A DNA stretch of 56,221 nt from Elsinoe ampelina (taxonomy: Eukaryota): positions 460,084 to 516,304 of the forward strand of contig ML992514.1 of NCBI GenBank assembly GCA_010093995.1. The letters are read 5' to 3'. Below are positions 53,268-56,221 of the stretch, piece by piece; within the stretch, counting starts at the first letter, position 1; the number at the start of each line of letters is the position of its first letter. Both the position numbers and the translations under genes were made by a program. The notes below the pieces were generated by a model. That model was not told the DNA's origin. It saw nothing but the letters and a program-made list of their open reading frames with translations, and ran no database searches.

Positions 53268-54299
53268 ATGTCGAAACCCTCCATCTCCTTCCTTCCGCTC
53301 GGCGCCAACCTCTTCGAATACACCGTCGGGTCCATACCACTCGTTCTGTCCCTTCCCAACCAGCACGCCTATACCAGCACCACCAACCCGGCCTTTTTCG
53401 GCGAGACCATCGGCCGCGTCGCCAACCGCACAAAGTCCGGCCTGCTCAACCTCAACAACAAAACCTACCAGCTGCCCAAGAACAACGGGCCCAACTCGCT
53501 CCACGGCGGCCACAAAGGCTGGGGCAAACAACTCTGGTCCGGGCCTTTCCCCGAGAATCGTCGAGGCGCAGAAGGTGTTCGCTTCGAGCTCACGAGCAAG
53601 GATGGAGACTCAGGCTACCCCGGTACCGTCCTGGCCAAAGCATGGTACATCGCCCGCGAGTCCAACAACAACAAAGTCGAGCTCGAAGTCGAATACGAAT
53701 GCGCATTCGCCTCGTCCACCTCGGAAACAGGCCAACAAGGCGAGACCATCTCCGAAACCGCCATCAACATGACCAACCACACGGCCTTCAGCATCGGCCC
53801 GGTCCCCGCAAAAGGCACCTCCCGCAGCATCGCCGGCACACAAGTCACCCTCTTCACCGACCTCCGCCAGGAAGTCGACGACGAAGCCATCCCCACGGGC
53901 AACGTGACCAAGCACCCCGGCGTCAAAGTCGGCGAACCCATCACCCTCGGCCCCGCGGAGCCGAAATTCGACGACTGCTTCGTGCTCCCCCTCGACCCGT
54001 CATCTATACCCCTCGACACGCGCGGAGGCGAGATGCGGAAGTTGGCGAGTTTCTGGCACCCGGAGACGAAGGTGAGGTTCGAGGTGGAGAGCACGGAGCC
54101 GGCGTTCCAGTTTTACACGGGCGAGTTTATTGATTTGGAGTATGAGGGGGAGGTTTTCAAGAAGAGAGCGGGGTTTTGTGTCGAGGCGAGTAGGTATATT
54201 GATGCGGCGGGGAAGAAGGAGTGGGAGGGCATGGTCAAGGTGAAGAGGGGGGAGGTGTGGGGTAGTAGGACTGTTTATAGGGCTTGGAGGGAGGAGTAG
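53268..54299 (+). CDS. Aldose 1-epimerase (galactose mutarotase)
   Basis: FGETIGRVANR, NSLHGG, DGDSGYPG, INMTNH, FDDCF, EPAFQFYTG, GFCVEASRY; the ATG at 53268 has good context (gccaacATG). Confidence 0.95.
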   Translation: MSKPSISFLPLGANLFEYTVGSIPLVLSLPNQHAYTSTTNPAFFGETIGRVANRTKSGLLNLNNKTYQLPKNNGPNSLHGGHKGWGKQLWSGPFPENRRGAEGVRFELTSKDGDSGYPGTVLAKAWYIARESNNNKVELEVEYECAFASSTSETGQQGETISETAINMTNHTAFSIGPVPAKGTSRSIAGTQVTLFTDLRQEVDDEAIPTGNVTKHPGVKVGEPITLGPAEPKFDDCFVLPLDPSSIPLDTRGGEMRKLASFWHPETKVRFEVESTEPAFQFYTGEFIDLEYEGEVFKKRAGFCVEASRYIDAAGKKEWEGMVKVKRGEVWGSRTVYRAWREE

Positions 54300-54722
54300 A
54301 GGCCGGAATGACGTTTGGGATATGGAAGGGAGTGGATCTTCGTGTAGATAGTAAAATCGGGCGTTTTGAACATAGATCACATGATCGTAGCGGGACTCTT
54401 GCGGATGATGTGGCTTATCCATGTCTTCCATCACGCCCACAGACAACGACAAGACTCGCAAGCCTCCATGTCAACTCACAACTCGATACTGGGTGTCGAG
54501 TTTCCATGTGTGCTCAGCCAATTATCGCCTGCCATGTCTTGTCCTCCAGCTGAACGAGCTGGACTGTCTGATTGGCTAGAAGCTATGCCTCAGGACTCGG
54601 ACAAGCGCCGCACCATCCTGGGCGCACGCATGAGCCGAGAAGGTCTTCGTTCTGCTTCGAAACTCATCACTCAAGCGGGACTCTTCTGCTGGATGGGCTT
54701 CTCTGCAATGCCATGAACAGAC

Positions 54723-55920
54723 ATGCCGCCGCGACCACGACCAAGGGGTCGATCAGACTTCGAAATCGCCATCATTTGCGCTTTGGTGCACGAAGCCAAC
54801 GCCATTGAAGATGCCTTCGACCATATCTGGGAGGACGAGGATGATTTCGGTTATGCTCCCGGGGATCTCAATCAATACACCACCGGCATGATCGGTAAGC
54901 ACAATGTCGTACTGGCGTACATGCCCGACATGGGGAGCGTCAGTGCCGCAAACGTGGCGACGAGTCTTGCGATGAGCTTCTCGAATATTCACCTTGCCAT
55001 CGTGGCTGGAATATGCGGCGGTGTGCCACAGCCCACAAACCACGACAAGGAGGTTTTCTTGGGAGATCTCGCGATAAGTACGGCTATCGTGCAATACGAC
55101 TTTGGTCGGCAGTATCCAAAAGGCTTCGAGAAGAAGATCGGCGTGCTAGAGAATGCAAGTCGGCCGGGACGACAGCTGAGGGCCTTCATCAACAAGATGC
55201 AGAGCAGACGATACTACCAGAGCATGCAGCAAGACCTCGTCGACATCATGGGTCAGCTGCAAGAGCTCTCGCCCGACGTGGCATATCCGGGCATCGAGAG
55301 CGATATGCTATTCCAACCTGATTTTCTACACAAGCATCGAAGCTCAGGGAGTCTCGATTGTGAATGCGGTCAAGGCGCGGAAGAGATCTGTCAGGCAGCT
55401 CATTCATTGGCATGCAATGCACTGGGTTGCAACGGAGCTACCGTCAATGGGAGACAACGACCAAGGACATCTCACTTGGACCTCACACCAGAGACGCATG
55501 CGCCTGCAATTCACTTCGGCACAATCGGGAGTGCTAACACTGTGATGAAGTCCGGTCGCCATCGAGAAGAAGTGGCCCGGGCCCATGGACTCATCGCCCT
55601 AGAAATGGAAGGTGCTGGCATTTGGGAGACCTTCCCGTGCTGCTTGGTCGTCAAGAGTGTCTGCGACTATGCGGACAGTCATAAGAACAAGATCTGGCAA
55701 ACATACTCAGCTTTCATCGCAGCCGCTGGTGTGAAGGCCCTTCTTCGTAAGTGGGAGCCGGTCAAGTCAGAACAAGAGGGTAGGTACTCTTGAACGATTT
55801 GTGATCAGATTATAGCTGACCATTACAGACTCCCGGCGAACGTTGAACAAGTACTGGATGGTGCAGCGACCCATCAGTACACGTTTCACGGGCAGAAGTG
55901 CCGAAATGACCAAGATTCAG
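54723..55920 (+). pseudogene. PNP_UDP-domain NLR gene, interrupted by an LTR insertion just before the expected NB-ARC/NACHT P-loop
   Basis: PNP_UDP_1 motifs FEIAIICAL, YTTGMIGKHNVV, AGICGGVP, VQYDFGRQ, IHFGTIGSANTVMKSG, ALEMEGAGIW, VKSVCDYADSHKNK. After intron 55780-55828 the frame reads KYWMVQRPISTRFTGRSAEM, the usual pre-P-loop motif, then meets the LTR edge. Confidence 0.8.
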
Positions 55921-56221
55921 TGTTGTAACTGGCAAATCGGATCGAGAGACGTGTGTTTTATTCAGAGAGTTACAATAACCGATTTATCTACTGTGTGTGC
56001 GCTGACTTATTAGTACCAGTTCTTTAGTACTAGAGAAGCTATACTAGCCTTCTATTATAACACTCCCCCTCTAGTATAGATTATTAAAGCTAGAGAACTG
56101 TCCTATTATATGTAAGTAAAGTAATTAGCTTATTACTTTATCTCTTTATAATTGCTTATAATTGTTAGTGTTAGCTAATTATTAGTAAGAATTTACTATT
56201 AGTTTAGCTTATAATTACTAG
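55921..56221 (-). mobile_element. 3' end of an LTR retrotransposon, probably Ty1/copia type, in reverse orientation and RIP-degraded: LTR 55921-56062, PPT 56063-56072
   Basis: On the minus strand, the PPT AGAGGGGGAG is followed directly by TGTTAT...ACAACA, a 142-bp LTR with TGTT/AACA inverted termini. The interior is AT-rich and TpA-rich with no ORF. Confidence 0.8.

Noticed and set aside
54723..55793. PNP_UDP gene as the cognate amyloid-activated effector of the NLR at 267-4003
   Set aside because: It has no N/G/Q-rich C-terminal motif, its second exon leads into an NBD, and it is ~50 kb away.
1..56221. CRISPR arrays, rRNA, tRNA, secondary-metabolite cluster or prokaryotic-style defence operon around the Argonaute
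   Set aside because: None seen; the Argonaute is a eukaryotic type flanked by ordinary housekeeping genes.

Overview
Eukaryotic DNA from a filamentous ascomycete, probably a Dothideomycete (inferred from protein similarity, short GT-AG introns with CTRAY branch points, and RIP-like decay). The window is gene-dense, with about 20 protein genes. In order: a NACHT-ankyrin NLR, GH47 mannosidase, GH32 invertase (runs into a 145-N gap), RNase T1-type ribonuclease, DOP1/Dopey, MON1, an Mrx7-like ORF, a protein tyrosine phosphatase, tubulin cofactor C, complex I 21.3 kDa subunit, UBP2-like deubiquitinase, an unusually long mitochondrial IF2, UNC-50/GMH1, RNA14, an Argonaute with an intronless CDS, a small mitochondrial membrane protein, a TRP-like channel, a Zn2Cys6 factor, aldose 1-epimerase and a PNP_UDP NLR fragment. 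That last gene is cut by a reverse-oriented, RIP-degraded copia-type LTR retrotransposon at the right edge. Most notable: (1) a first exon missed by the ORF track gives the left-hand NLR a candidate amyloid signalling motif in place of an effector domain; (2) the LTR insertion removes the NLR's nucleotide-binding and sensor modules and may leave a stand-alone PNP_UDP effector; (3) recurrent strand-symmetric C-rich to G-rich skew switches; (4) a CCHC zinc knuckle in the IF2 N-terminal extension; (5) an Argonaute with variant residues; (6) a multi-helix fold-back in a 3.6 kb intergenic region. All intron boundaries were inferred by eye and no database searches were run.
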